Shown here one piece after another: positions 29,089 through 47,699 of a DNA stretch of 64,000 nt (positions are counted from its first letter, which is position 1; every line of letters starts with the position of its first letter). Location of the stretch: the NCBI RefSeq assembly GCF_009914755.1, contig NC_060930.1. One strand, written 5' to 3'. The notes below the pieces were generated by a model. The model did no database searches. It was not told the DNA's origin and was given only the letters and a program-made list of their open reading frames with translations. The position numbers were made by a program, and so were the translations under genes. The DNA is from the human T2T-CHM13v2.0 reference genome, Homo sapiens.

Positions 29089-29276
29089 AGGAAAGAAGGA
29101 AGGAAGGAAGGAAGGAAGGGGGAGGGAGGGAGGAAAGGAGGGAGGGAGGGAGGGAGGAAAGGAGGGAGGGAGGGAGGGAGGAAAGGAGGGAGGAAGGAAA
29201 GGGAAGGAGGGAGGAAGGAAGAGAGGAAGGAAGGAAGAGAGGAAGGAAGGGAGGGAGGAAGGAAGGAAGGAAGGAA
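29089..29276. repeat. (GGAA/GGGA)n purine-rich simple repeat
   Basis: About 190 bp composed only of A and G. Confidence 0.97.
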
Positions 29277-30079
29277 CTTCAAAATCCCATATAAGACATG
29301 ATGAAACTTGATTATTTTTTGTTATATCTGATGTAAGTAATAAACTTACATTCTTTTAGAAATGGCAGATACTTTTGATAAACCTAGGGCTCCTCCAGTT
29401 GTGTTCAAGCATTGCAGTACAACTTTTAGTGGGGAAAAGATACTGAGTACTTTCTTCTCCATTGCTTTTCCAGTGTTGTATTGGGCTTTGAAGAGGGAAA
29501 GTATTTTGTATGCTGTTTTCAGCAAGAAGAGTTTTTGGAGACCTATAAGGGAGCATAGTGTTTTTCCCTATAAATGTATTACTCTATTTTTAAGATTGAA
29601 CAGAAAGAGTAAAAGATAGGAAAAATTAAGCAATAGATTATTTACTCAAGTATAAGACTATTCCTGTTTATCTCTTTCATCTTGTGGTGTTGAATACGTC
29701 TTTTACTTCTAAGGCTTCTAAGTTTCTTAAATCTAAGACATAGGGATAATATTAAATCTTTAACTGTGGTATATGTGTATGTGAAGTACATTTTGGCACT
29801 TTCATTCGTTAATTTTTGAAACATATGGAGGACCTATTGTGTATCTTTAGGAGCCAGAGGAGACAGAGAAACTAACCAGAATCAGTGTGATAGGTGCGCT
29901 GATAAAGCTGTACCCCAGGAGCTTTGGAGGATGGAGAGAGAAGGTTTTCCAGAGCAGGTAACCACTGTTTCAGAAGACAAGAGGACCTAACCCAAAGGAA
30001 CAATTGGAGAGAGGTGGGGGAAGGGAAAGGCAATGTCTTCTCAGGTAAAGGGAAGAGTATGGCAGATACTGCTAGAGGA

Positions 30080-30775
30080 AGTTCCACTTCCTTTTCCTTC
30101 TGGTACGTGAGAGGAAACTACATTTCCTACCTGGTTGCAGTTAACGTGGGGCCATGTGACTGTTCCAGCCAATGGAATGTGGGCAGAGTGATTTATACCA
30201 TTTCCATGCTGAATCCACATGAAGACCTCCTGGATGATTTTCCATGCATTCTTTTTTACCCTCTTTTTCTTCCTTCTTTGGGATGCAGGCAGTTGATTTA
30301 ACTAAAAATGCTGAGCTCTCAGATTAGTGGCTCTTAGCTTTAGCTCCTGTATAATTCTAATATGCAGCCAACGTTGAAGACCATGCCCTGGAGCAGCCTT
30401 CCTCAAAGGGTTCATAGAGAAATAAGGTCTATAGAAAATGATTTAATAACTATTTTCTCAATTCATGCAAGGCTAGTACTTAGCTAGCATCATTATAGAT
30501 GTGTAGGAGATGGCTAATTCCTCACATGCAGTAAATGTCTATGGAAATTACAGGTTAAGTCTTTCGTGGAATCCTGACTGAGGATTGTCCTAGAGGATAT
30601 TAGAGCTACTGAGTGGAAGGGGCTTAGATTCCTTAATGACTGAGTAGAGCAGAGAGAACCACTGCTGACTTGAACTGGATAGTGACTTGAGTGAGAAATA
30701 AACCTTAATGCATTAAGTGACAAAATGTTAAGGTTATTTGTTATGTCAGTTAGCCTATCATTACCAATACAAATG
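30080..30775 (+). mobile_element. MLT1J-like LTR, interrupted
   Basis: 'ctacatttcctacctggttgcagttaacgtggggccatgtgactgttccagccaatggaatgtgggcagagtga' and 'gagtgagaaataaacctt...ttgttatgtcagttagcctatcattaccaataca'. Confidence 0.6.
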
Positions 30776-32409
30776 GCATGTCTAAATGTATTATGACCAT
30801 AGAAGGCACAGAGAATCGAAGAGATCATATAATTTTTTTCCAGATAGAATAATGATTATGTATTTATTTGAGGTTGGGATGAGTTTAGGCAGTAAAGGTA
30901 TGGTTAAGGTATGGTTAATGTTGAGGCTGAACAACTATTCAGTGGCCACATTATTATGAGCCTTGTATGACTTTTTTGGCAATTTATCTTACTCTGAAAG
31001 TAATGAAATTCCATTTATTTCAAGACTTCTCACTGGATAGGTAGCTTGACAAGTTCTACACTTTTGAATACTGCTTCAACTAAATCTTCTACAGTCAAAG
31101 TGAAGCCAGTACTCTGATGGGACCTGAAGCCTGAAAAGGATGACAACATTCCAGGGTTTGCTCTGTAATGATGAAAGCAGGATAAATCAAACTGGGAGAA
31201 GGTACCCCTCACCTTGCTGGAAATCAAATGATGTTTGCTACTCATTCCAACTGACTGCTAGCCTTGGTGATATTTAAAGAAGGCAGCCAGGATGCCACTG
31301 CTTAAACAAACATGTTTTTCATATTTTATTTTCTATGCTGTTACACAATTAATGCATGAGCTTACTGAAACAAACAGAACAGCAAAACAATACAATTAGA
31401 AATAGTAAGCCTAGGGCAATAACCACTACTCATGCTTTATGTGGATCCCTCAGTGTAACAATCTGAAGTGAAATCCTGAGTAAGCACCATCCTCTGGATG
31501 TTCATTCAGTTAGGGGTATTAGTACAAAGACAAGCAATCAGGAAGGACTGCTAAGCTTCACCTTCACCTCAGAGTGCAGTGGTATTTGAATGGAACCTTA
31601 TGTGCCCCATTCTGGTTGGCTTTTGTTTTTAGTGGTCGATTTATTTTTGATGTCTGAAAAGTAGGGGATGACTACACAAATCTGCAGGCATGCACACACA
31701 ACACGGTTTCTCAAGCTTATATTGTTCTCTTGGGTAGAAAGAGAAAAAGAAAACCACTTTGGGATATGCTAGAGTATTTTCTTGTAGGAAGTTTAAAGAT
31801 TATTCATTCAAAAACCTGACAAATTAGGAGCCAAGCCTTCCTGGGTGTTTGTCTGAGTTATATTTTCCAATCTATTATGAAAATCCTGAATAGGGCAGTC
31901 ATTTTGAAGATGGCTTTGACCTTTATCAAGAAGAAGGAGCCAGTTACATTCAGCACTATCTACTCTACAATCAGTCATTGTGCTGTCTGGGCCTGCTTTC
32001 TTTAAGAAAGCTTATTTTTCTTCTTTCTTGTTGCTTATGGGTCTTGTCATTTATGATTCCTCTACTGCAGGAAGTCTCGTTTGTGAAGAGTCACAGATTG
32101 TACCAGGTTTCCTTTTTCTGTAATAGGATAGATGAGGAGAAGACTTCGCAGCTGCCACATAGGTTATGCTGTGCTCCTAGCGCGCTGTGAAGGATCTGTC
32201 TGTAAAGAATCTGTGTGTCATAGAGCAGTCACTGAATGGCTCCATGCCTCTGTTTTCACCTGTAAAGCAAGCATACCACCTGCCTCCCAGAAATGTTTAT
32301 AAAATCGATGAGTCATGTACTTGTTTATCACCTATCTCTCTCTCCTAAAGGGAGGTGGAAGATTATTAACCCCTTGAGCAGTCATTCTGAAGTGATTAGT
32401 AATTAAAAA

Positions 32410-32754
<345 letters not shown>

Positions 32755-32899
32755 TAGGAATATTGATTTTGCATGTAGAATAGTCTCTGTCATACAAATA
32801 AAATTTCTTTTGGGGTTCTGTAACAGGCAGAAATGTTCAAAGATTATCTCCAATCGGAAGCTCTTCTAAAGAAAAATAAGCAGCAATGAAGTGATTACA

Positions 32900-33165
32900 A
32901 ATATGGATTTTGCAGACAAATGGCCTGGGTTCAAAACTCAGTTCTGCCATTTAATAGCCATGTGAGCCTGGACAAGTGTTTTTTGTTTGTTCGTTTGTTT
33001 TGTTTTGTTTTTACTTTTCTGTATCTTGGTTTTCTCATCTGTTAATTGGAGATAATAATGGAAACTTCATTTTAAGGTTGTCTTAAAGGTTCACTTAAAT
33101 GATAGTACTTGTGAAATGCTTCTATGTGTTTCTGGTACAAATTAAATGCTATGTGTTGTTTAATA
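32900..33165 (+). mobile_element. MIR
   Basis: 'cctgggttcaaaactcagttctgccatttaatagccatgtgagcctggacaagt...tttctcatctgttaattggagataataat'. Confidence 0.75.
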
Positions 33166-34664
33166 AAATATCATTCTTGTTATCTCACCTCTTCTATTTG
33201 GAATATATGTATTTATAAAAAGTGGAATGAAACCTGTATCTCTCTTACTTTTCAAGTCTTTACTGAAATAGATCCTGTGTTAAAAGGGTTATACGAATTT
33301 TCTACACCCCACTAAATTTTTCAAGCTCTCAGCTTGGTCTGCTAATATGGAAAGTTCCAGAGGCATTTCTTAAACTTCCTGGATAGGAAAAAAATCTGCA
33401 TCTCTATCTCATCTATCTGTATAGGTGTTCCATGTTGGAAAAAAGAATGTCATTGGAAGCAAGGCCTTTGCTTATGTTTAGAACCCCTTTCCTTGTTTTC
33501 TTATGGAATATTCTGTTTTTAAAACCTAATCATGATAATCAGTTTGTTGGATTATTAATATACTTCCTTTTTACAGGTTTGCTGCCCTCTCAATAACTCT
33601 AAATTTTCAAGTGTTTTATCTATATCTATAAAATTTATCATATTTAAGATTGAATGCCTCTGTTCATGAATTAAAAGAATTTATGTAATTCATTGTTCTT
33701 ATAAGAAAAAAAATTGCTCAAGCAAGAACTACTGGTCTCCGGGTGCGCACTCTTAGAATATTTCATCAACAATGTTTCCAGAGATCATATAGACTGGGGA
33801 TAGAAATGCAAGGGTGGAACTGGGAAAGAAAAATGAAGGAAAGTTAATATGGTTATGATAACTTCTAGTTTTCCAAACATGTAAATCTTTAACAGTATAC
33901 CACTGCCTTACTAGGCATATAGTTAGTCTTAGAGCAAATAAATCTTGTTACTTTTTCTGATCTACTCAATCTCCTTCCCTTCAGGCTGGATTATACCTTA
34001 TCATACCAGACACGTGAATGAATGTCTATTCAGGTTTTTGTTGTGGCCATTCTTAACTTATGTTTAATTGTCAATGACACAACCGTTTTGAGAGTTATGG
34101 TGATCTTCTTTGTCTGAGACTCTTGTAAATGAAATCACAATGTAGTATGCAGCAAGTTGCAAATGAGCTTTTATTTGTTTGTTGGTAGGTTTGTTCAAGG
34201 AATTTTTGTTTATTCTATTATTGGCCTAAAAATGTGATGTTGGAAAAGATGATCCTTTTAAGAAATACGATTCTATGAACTTAAAAAAAAAAGATTTAGA
34301 ATTATGCAACTGTAAATTATGATGAGATTATTATATATTTTTATAGTCAAAGACACACTAATAGAGGAAGAGATCCATAAGGTCTGTTTTATCTTTTCAA
34401 CCCAAATGAGAAGGATTGAATTCTCAAGCATGAAATTGCCATCTGTGCTTCCCCTTCCCACCCCTCACATTGTTAATACTTTTTTTTTTTTTTTAGCAGA
34501 CCAGGTGAAGTCAGAACTTTGTTTTAGAAAGAATGATGTCATTGTATAATTGAATGTATACATTCATGAAGCTACTAGGGGTAACAACTTGTCACTATAA
34601 AAATATGCCTGATATAAATTTTTCTTTTCCTTATGCTCCCTTGGATTCTAACCTCATGCTAATA

Positions 34665-35240
34665 ATAACTGCTACCAGTTTTGTAAGCATTTGGTCTGTG
34701 CCAGGCACAATGCTAAGTGGTTTAGGTTCATCACTTCTTTTTTAGGCCTTTTAAGAAACTCTTTAGGTAGATGTAATAGTGTAAATATTCCCACCTCATA
34801 GTTAAGGGCACTGGAACCTAAAGAGGTTAAATAATCCCCAAATGCCACGAGGCTAGTACTAGTGTTGGGTGTCTATCTCACCTGATTAAACTATTCTTTA
34901 GCCTAAGAACATATGCTGACCTTTCTCACATTCACTCCTTTGTTTATGATGTTCTCTCTGCTCAGACTGTTCCTCCACCTCTGCCCATTGAAAATCAGCA
35001 GAACCTTCAAAACCCAATGGAAAGTTCTCTCTTCTCTGTAAACTTGTATTGGCATTGTCCGAATTAAACATTCCAGTGCTCCCTCCTATAAAATTTATAC
35101 ACATTTACAGATTAAATGTATTAATATCTTCATGGTATTAACAAATCAAAACTTGCAGCTTAATTATTAGTGTACATGTCTACTCTCTCCACTAGATGCA
35201 AAGTACCTAAGAGAAAGCCAGACTGTTCTTTGCTGCAGAT
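34665..35240. mobile_element. MIR (minus) followed by L2 remnant
   Basis: 'aagcatttggtctgtgccaggcacaatgctaagtggttt...' then 'tctcacattcactcctttg...cctccacctctgcccattgaaaatc'. Confidence 0.55.
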
Positions 35241-36871
35241 TTCTTGAGGACAAGTCTCATGTTTTAGCCATTTGAATAATTATTTATATTTATTTATATC
35301 TCATCTTGTTTCAGAGATAATTCAAACAGAATCAAGAATACAGAAAATACAATCATATAGCATAGGAAAGAAACAAGGACAGAGACATAAAGTGGAACCA
35401 GAAATGGGATTTAAGCAGTGCTTACCATTTGATCTACATATACATTTATTTTTTAAAAACAAGCTTTCCAAAAGCCCACTTATTTTTCTTTGTATTCTTA
35501 ATGCCAAATGCAGGATCTGGAACATAGTGGGGTCAATAAATACTCATTTAATTGAATACTTGCATGTCAGATGTGGGAGGACAGTGGAGAAAAGATTGGT
35601 ATTTGAAGTCTGATTACTTAAAAAAATGGTTTGTTGAGATATAACTGATATACGGTAAGCTGCATGTATTTACGTTATAAAGTTTGATAAATTTTGAAAC
35701 TTATAGACACTTGTGAAACCATCACCATAAATAAAATAATGAAAACTATACAATCAAAAGTTACCTTGTGTTCTTCTGTGTTATCTTGTGTCCTCCTACT
35801 ATCTAAGCAACCAGTCATTTACTCTCTCTCACTATATATTAGTTTGCTTTTTAAAGAAAGTTATGTAAATGGAATCATCCATATGCAGTGTGTACCAACA
35901 TTGTTCATTCCCTTTTATTGCTAAATAATATTCCATTATATGGTTGTGCCGTAGCTTGTTTATCTATTTGTGGATGAGCATTTGATCATTAAGGCTTTGA
36001 CTATTGCAAGTAAAGATGCTAGGAACCTTTATGTACAAGTATTTTTGTGGACTTAGGCTTTCATTTTTCTTGGGTAAATAACTAAGAGAGGAATGGCTGG
36101 ATTATATGATGGGTGTGTATTTAATTTTTAAAGATATTGCTAATCTATTTTCCAAAGTTTGTGGCATTTTCTGTTTTCATGAGTAGTGTATGAAAGTTCC
36201 AGATTTTTCACTACTTTTCCAAACCCTGCCCGACATGGTCAATTAAAATAAAAAATCAGCCACTCTAATAGATGTGTAACAGTACCTCATTGTGGTATAT
36301 TTCTACAATGACTAATGAGATTGAACATCTTTTTATGTGCTTATTTGCCATCATTTTTCTTCTTTGGGGGAAATGTCTGTTTAGGTCTTTTGTCCATAAT
36401 TTCATACTTCTATTGGAATTTTTTTTCTTATTACTGAGTTTTGAGAGTTCTTTATATGTTCTGGGTATAAGTCTTTTAACAGATATGTGACTTGTGAATA
36501 CTTTATCACAGCCTGTGGTTTTCCTTTTCATTCCATTAACTATCTTCTGAAGGCACTGTGACAGAAAATTTTAATTTCAATAAAGTTCAATTTATCAATT
36601 TTCTCTGTCACAGATTGTACTTAGGTATTGTAGCTAACAAGTTTGTGCCAATACCTATTTTTTCTAGAAGTTTTGTAATTTTAGGTTTAGCATTTAGGTC
36701 TATGATCTATTTTGGGGCAAATTTTGTATATAACGTGAGGTATGGATTGATGTTGGGGTTTTTTTGCATATGGATATCTAATTATTCCAGTATTATTTTC
36801 TGATTTTTTGAAAAGACTATTCTATTTACACAGAAATGCCTTTGCAATTTTGTCAAAAACTAGTTTCCCAC

Positions 36872-36876
<5 letters not shown>

Positions 36877-36905
<29 letters not shown>
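36877..36905. repeat. (TG)n microsatellite
   Basis: TG run seen directly. Confidence 0.95.
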
Positions 36906-36908
<3 letters not shown>

Positions 36909-38658
36909 GGGGATCTATATTCTGTAGAATTGATGAATTCGTCTTTATACCAATACCACACATGCAGATTCATAATGAGCTTTGACATCAGGTAATGTTA
37001 ATTCTCTAAATTTACTCTTTTTCAAAGGTGTTTTTGGCTATTCTAGGTCCTTTTATTTTCTATAAATTAAGAATCAGTTTGTCATTTTCTACAAAAAATC
37101 CCCTGCTGGGATTATAAATGAAAATTCATAATATTTGTAGGTCACTTTTTAGACTTGATATCTTAGAAATATTGAGTCATTTGACTCAAGAAGATGGTGT
37201 ATCTATTTATTTAGGGCTTCTTTCAGTGACATTTTGATGTTTTCACTGTACAGAACTTCCATGTTTTGTCAAATTTATCTCTCCTCACTTTGTTTCTGAT
37301 GCTACTGCAAATAATGTTATTTTGAAGTTTCAAATCCTGATTGTTTATCAATAATATAGAGAAATACAATTGATTTTTGTATTTTGATTTTGTGTCCTGA
37401 AACATTCCTAAATTCAGTGATAAATTCTGTAGATTTTTTTCTCTTGGTAGATATTATCAGATTTCTGGTTATACCTTTGTGAACCATGTTTTTTTACAAA
37501 TACAGTTTTACTTGTTTCTTATGCCTTTTTCTTTCTCTCTCTCTGAGTAGAAATTCCAGTACAATGTTGAATAAAATTGGTGATAGCAGATATCTCTGTC
37601 TTGTTTCTGATGTTTGGGGGAAAGTTTTCAGCCTTTCACTAATAAATATTATAAATATAATGTTTGTTGTAGGTTCTTTGTAAATGCCCTTTATCAAGTT
37701 GAGGTAGTTCTGTTTTAGTCTTAGTTTGTTGAGAGTTTTATGAGAAATGGATGTGGGATTTTGTCAAATGCTTTGTTTGTATGTCTGTTGAAATGATTAT
37801 ATGGTTTTTCTTTTTTTGATTGTTAGTATAGTGAATTACATTAATTGATTTGTAAATGTTAAACCAATCTGACATTCCTGGTATAAATGTCACTTTGTCA
37901 TGATGCCTCATCTTTTTTTATATGTTATAGGATTTGATTTGCTAAAATATTGTTTAGAATTTTTACATCCATGTTAACGAAGGATGTTGGCCAGTAGTTT
38001 CCTATTCCGATAATAGCTTTGTCTGGATTTGGTAATAGCATGATGATGGCCTCCAATAATGAGTTGGAACATTTCCCTCCGTTTTAAATTTTCTGGAGGA
38101 ATTTGCATAGAATTGTATTTTTTTCCTTAGGTGTTTAGTAGAATTCATCAGTGAATCCATCTAGTTCTGAATTTTCTGAGAAAAATTTTAACTAAAAATC
38201 CAATCTAACAGATAAAAGATTAGTGTCTTCACTCTTTTTTTCTTGATCAGTCTGGACAAAGTCTTTCAATTTTATTCATTTATTCAAATAATAACATTTT
38301 TGTTTTGTTTTTTTTTCTACTTTGTTTTCATTGATTTCTGCTCTTTAAAAATTACAGCATTTATTCTAGTGGCTTTGGATTTTATTTGCTCTTCTTTTCC
38401 TAGTTTCTTAAGTCTGAAGCTGAGATAATTGATTTGATAACTTTCTTCTTTTACATTATAAGCATTTAGTGCTATAAATTTCTTCATAGATGCTACTTTA
38501 GTGGTATCACATACATTTAACTTGTTCTTTAAAAATTTTCATTCAGTTCCAAATGCTTTTCAGTAACTCTTCTTATTTATTTTTAGACGTATGGTATTTA
38601 GTTTCCAATTATTTGGAGGAATTTTTCAGATATCTTTATGTTATTGATTTATTTTTAA

Positions 38659-38773
38659 TAGAACTGCCATATTTACTTATTTTTATTTTAAAAACTTGAC
38701 AGATAAAATTCTATGTATGTGGACCCTAAAAATGTTGATCTCTTAGAAGTAGAGAGTAGAACAGTAGTTACCA
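38659..38773 (-). mobile_element. Miniature L1MA-type 3'-end insertion with inversion
   Basis: TSD gatttatttttaa at 38646-38658 and 38774-38786; antisense 'aaaacttgacagataaaattctatgtat' joined to sense 'atgtggaccctaaaaatgttgatctcttagaagtagagagtagaacagtagttaccaga'. Confidence 0.65.
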
Positions 38774-39286
38774 GATTTATTTTTAAAATGTTTTAACTGA
38801 TTTCTAATTTAATTCTTTTTATTCAGAGAATATACTTTGTGTGATCTGAATGCTTTCAAATTTGGTTGAGACTTACTTGTGATCCAGAATATATTCCATC
38901 TTGGTAAATGTTCAGTGTGCACTTCACAGAAAGCTGTTTTTGGGTGAAGGGTCTAGGTCAAACTGATTGATACTCTTCAAATTTTCTATATCTTTACTTA
39001 TTTCTAGCTAATTAGTCTGCCATTTATTGAGAAAGAGGATTGAAATCTCTGACTATAATTGGAGATCTGTTTCTTTCTCCTTCCAGTTTTTGCTGCATTT
39101 ATTTTGAACTGTTGTATTAGGTTTAGGATTATGTCTTTTTCATGAATTGACCCCTTTATCACTATGAAATAATCATTTATTACTGGTAATATTCTCTACT
39201 CTGAAATTTACTTTGTCTGACATGAATGTAGCCACAGTAGCTTACTTTTTATTTGTATTCACATGTGCTATCTTTTGTCATTCTTT

Positions 39287-40211
<925 letters not shown>

Positions 40212-40712
40212 TCTTTTGTCATTCTTTCACTTTTACCCTATCTGTGACTTTATATTCTAAGTGTGTTTTTTTTGTGGTTAGGTCTTGAATTTTCATTATC
40301 TATTTGAAAGTCTCTCCTTTTTGATGGGGGTATTTGGACCATTTACATTTAGTGTGATTATCGTGTGATTAGGTTTAAGTCTCTCAGCTTGGTGTTTGTT
40401 TTATAATTGTTTTATCTGTTCATTCTCTTTTACTATTATGCTGTCTTTTTGTAATTATTTGTATATTTCTTAAAATTACATTTTATCTCCTTTGTTGCCC
40501 TATTAACTTCATATTTTCAATTTTGCTATATTAATGGTTGCTTTAGTGTTTATAGTATATAGCTTTAAATTATTGCAGACTATCTTCAACTGATAATATA
40601 CTAGTTTGTATATTAAGAACCTTAAAATAATAAATTTTAATTTCTCTCCTTATAATTTCATGTTATTTTGTCAAATATTTAATTTCTACATATAAGTCTG
40701 ATACTACATTGA

Positions 40713-41013
<301 letters not shown>

Positions 41014-42235
41014 CTACATTGATATTTTTATTTAAACAATCAATTCTCTTTTAAAGCATTTAAATAAGAAGAAAAAAGCAATATATTTACTGATGTAGTT
41101 ACCTTTTCTTATGTTCTTCATTCTTTTGTGTAGATCTGTATTTCCATCAGGTGTAATTTTCCTTCTGCCTGAAAGACTGCCTTCTATAGTTCTTTTAGTA
41201 TGAGTCTGCTGGAGATGAATTTGTTCAGCTTTAATATTTCTAAAAAGTCTTGATTTTACTTTCATTTTTAAAAGCTGTTTTCAATGAGATTAGTTTTAGT
41301 TTGACCCTTTGTCCCCATTACCTTAAAGAGATTGCTTTTCTATCTTGCTTGCTATGTTTCATTCTTTATGATGTGAAATCTGTCATCCTATTTTTGATTC
41401 TCCGTACATAAAATGTTTTTCATTCTTGCTGGTTTTGAAACTTTTTTTCATCACTGGTTTAAAGTGTTTGGTTACAATGCACTTTAGTTTTCCTCAGATT
41501 TTTAATGTTTTGTGTTCATTGGACTTCTTAAATTTTTGGATTTATAATTTTCATCAAATAGGAATAATTTTAGGTCAATATTTCTTCAACTTTTCTGACT
41601 TATGTCATTCCTAATTCAAGAACTCCATTGATTCAATGAACTCCATTGAACTCAATGGATTCTCCATTACTGAGGCAAGAGCAACTGGGAGACATTAGAC
41701 TGTTAATGTCTCCCAGTTCACCATTGCTTTTTTCTTTTAAAATAAATTGTATTGTGTATATTTAAGGTATACAGCATGTTGTAATAGGATATATGTAGAT
41801 AGTAAAATGGTTACTATAGTAAAGCCAATTAACATGTATATCAGCTTACATGACCATTTTCTATATGTAGCAAGAGCAGCTAAAATTTACTCAATTAGCA
41901 AAAATCCTGAATAGTATATTATTAACTATAGTCCTTATATTATATATTAGATCTCTAGACCTTCATCTTACTTATCTGCTACTTTGTATCCTTTGACCTA
42001 CATCTCTCAATTTCTTCTCTAACCCCTGCCCCTGATAACAGCTGTTTTAGTCTCTATTTTTGTATATTTGAGTTTTCTTTTTCTTTTCTTTTTTTAGATT
42101 CCACATGTAATGAGATCATGCAATATTTATCTTTCTCTGTCTGCCTTATTTCACTTAGCACAATGTCTTCCAGATTCATCCATGTTTTGGCAAATGGCAA
42201 GATCTTCTTTTTAAAGGTTGAATAACATTCCATTA

Positions 42236-42239
<4 letters not shown>

Positions 42240-42272
<33 letters not shown>
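42240..42272. repeat. (CA)n microsatellite
   Basis: CA run inside the L1MA. Confidence 0.95.
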
Positions 42273-42273
<1 letters not shown>

Positions 42274-42803
42274 ACAATTTCTTTACCCATTTTTCCATTG
42301 ATGGACATGTAGGTTGTTTGGCTATTGTGAATAGGCAACGAACATGGGAATACAGATATCTTCACAAGGTGTTGATTTCATTTCCTTTGGATATGTACCC
42401 AGAAGAGGGATTGCTGGGTCATATGATTGTTCTATTTGTAATTTATTTAGGAACCTCTATACTGTTTCCCGTAATGGCTGACCCAATCTCCGCTTCCACC
42501 AACAGTGCACAAGGATTCTGTTTTTCTCTATACCCTCATCAACACTTGTTATTTCTTGTCTTTTTTAAAAAGCAGTTTTATACTATTGAGTTCTTTTTTT
42601 TTAATACTTTAAGTTTTAGGGTACATGTGCACAATGTGCAGGTTAGTTACATATGTACACGTGCAATGCTGGTGTGCTGCACACATTAACTCGTCATTTA
42701 GCATTAGATATATCTCCTAATGCTATCCTTCCCCCCTCCCCCCACCCCACAACAGTCTCCAGAGTGTGATGTTACCCTTCCTGTGTCCACGTGTTCTCAT
42801 TGT

Positions 42804-46619
<3,816 letters not shown>

Positions 46620-46682
46620 TATGATGTTAGCTGTTTAGTTTGCTCGTTAGTTGATGCATTTCCTTCCTAGCATTAATGGTCT

Positions 46683-47699
46683 TTACAATTTGTCCCTTTT
46701 TTGCAGTTGCTGGTGCCGGTTTTTCCTTTCCATGTTTAGTGCTTCCTTCAGTAGCTCTTGTAGGGCAGGCCTGATGGTGACAAAATCTCTCAGCGTTTGC
46801 TTCTCTGTAAAGGATTTTATTTCTTCTTCACTTATGAAGCTTAGTTTGGCTGGATATGAAATTCTGCGTTGAAAATTCTTTTCTTTAAGAATGTTGAATA
46901 TTGGCCCCCACTCTCTTCTGGCTTGTAGAGTTTCTGCTGAGAGATCCACTGTTAGTCTGATGGGCTTCCCTTTGTGGGTAACCCGACCTTTCTCTCTGGC
47001 TGCCCTTAACATTTTTTCCTTCATTTCAACTTTGGTGAATCTGACAATTATGTGTCTTGTAGTTGCTCTTCTGGAGGATTATCTTTGTGACATTCTCTGT
47101 ATTTCCTGATTTGAATGTTGGCCTGCCTTGCTAGATTGGGGAAGTTCTCCTGGATAATATCCTGCAGAATGTTTTCCAACTTGGTTCCATTCTCCCCATC
47201 ACTTTCAGGTACACCAATCAGACGTAGATTTGGTCTTTTCACATAGTCCCATATTTCTTGGAGGCTTTGTTCATTTCTTTTTATTCTTTTTTTCTCTAAA
47301 CTTCTCTTCTTGCTTCAATCCATTCATTTGATCTTCAGTCACTGATACCCTTTCTTCTAGTTGATTGAGTTGGCTACTGAGGCTTGTGCATTCATCACGT
47401 AGTTCTCGTGCCACGGTTTTCAGCTCCGTCAGGTCATTTATGGACTTCTCTACATTGGTTATTCTAGTTAACCATTCATCTAATCTTTTTTGAAGGTTTT
47501 TAGCTTCTTTGCGATGGTTTTGAACGTCCTCCTTTAGCTTGGTGTAGTTTGATCGTCTGAAGCCTCCTTCTCTCAACTCGTCAAAGTCTTTCTCCATCCA
47601 GCTTTGTTCCGTGGCTGGTGAGGAGCTGCATTCCTTTGGAGGAGGAGAGGCCCTCTGATTTTTAGAATTTTCAGTTTTTCTTCTCTGTTTTTTCCCCAT
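46683..47699 (-). pseudogene. L1 ORF1p, disrupted
   Basis: MGKKQRRKTENSKNQ...; fragments KRPNLRLIGVPE and MKEKMLRAAREKGRVT lie in different frames. Confidence 0.93.
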
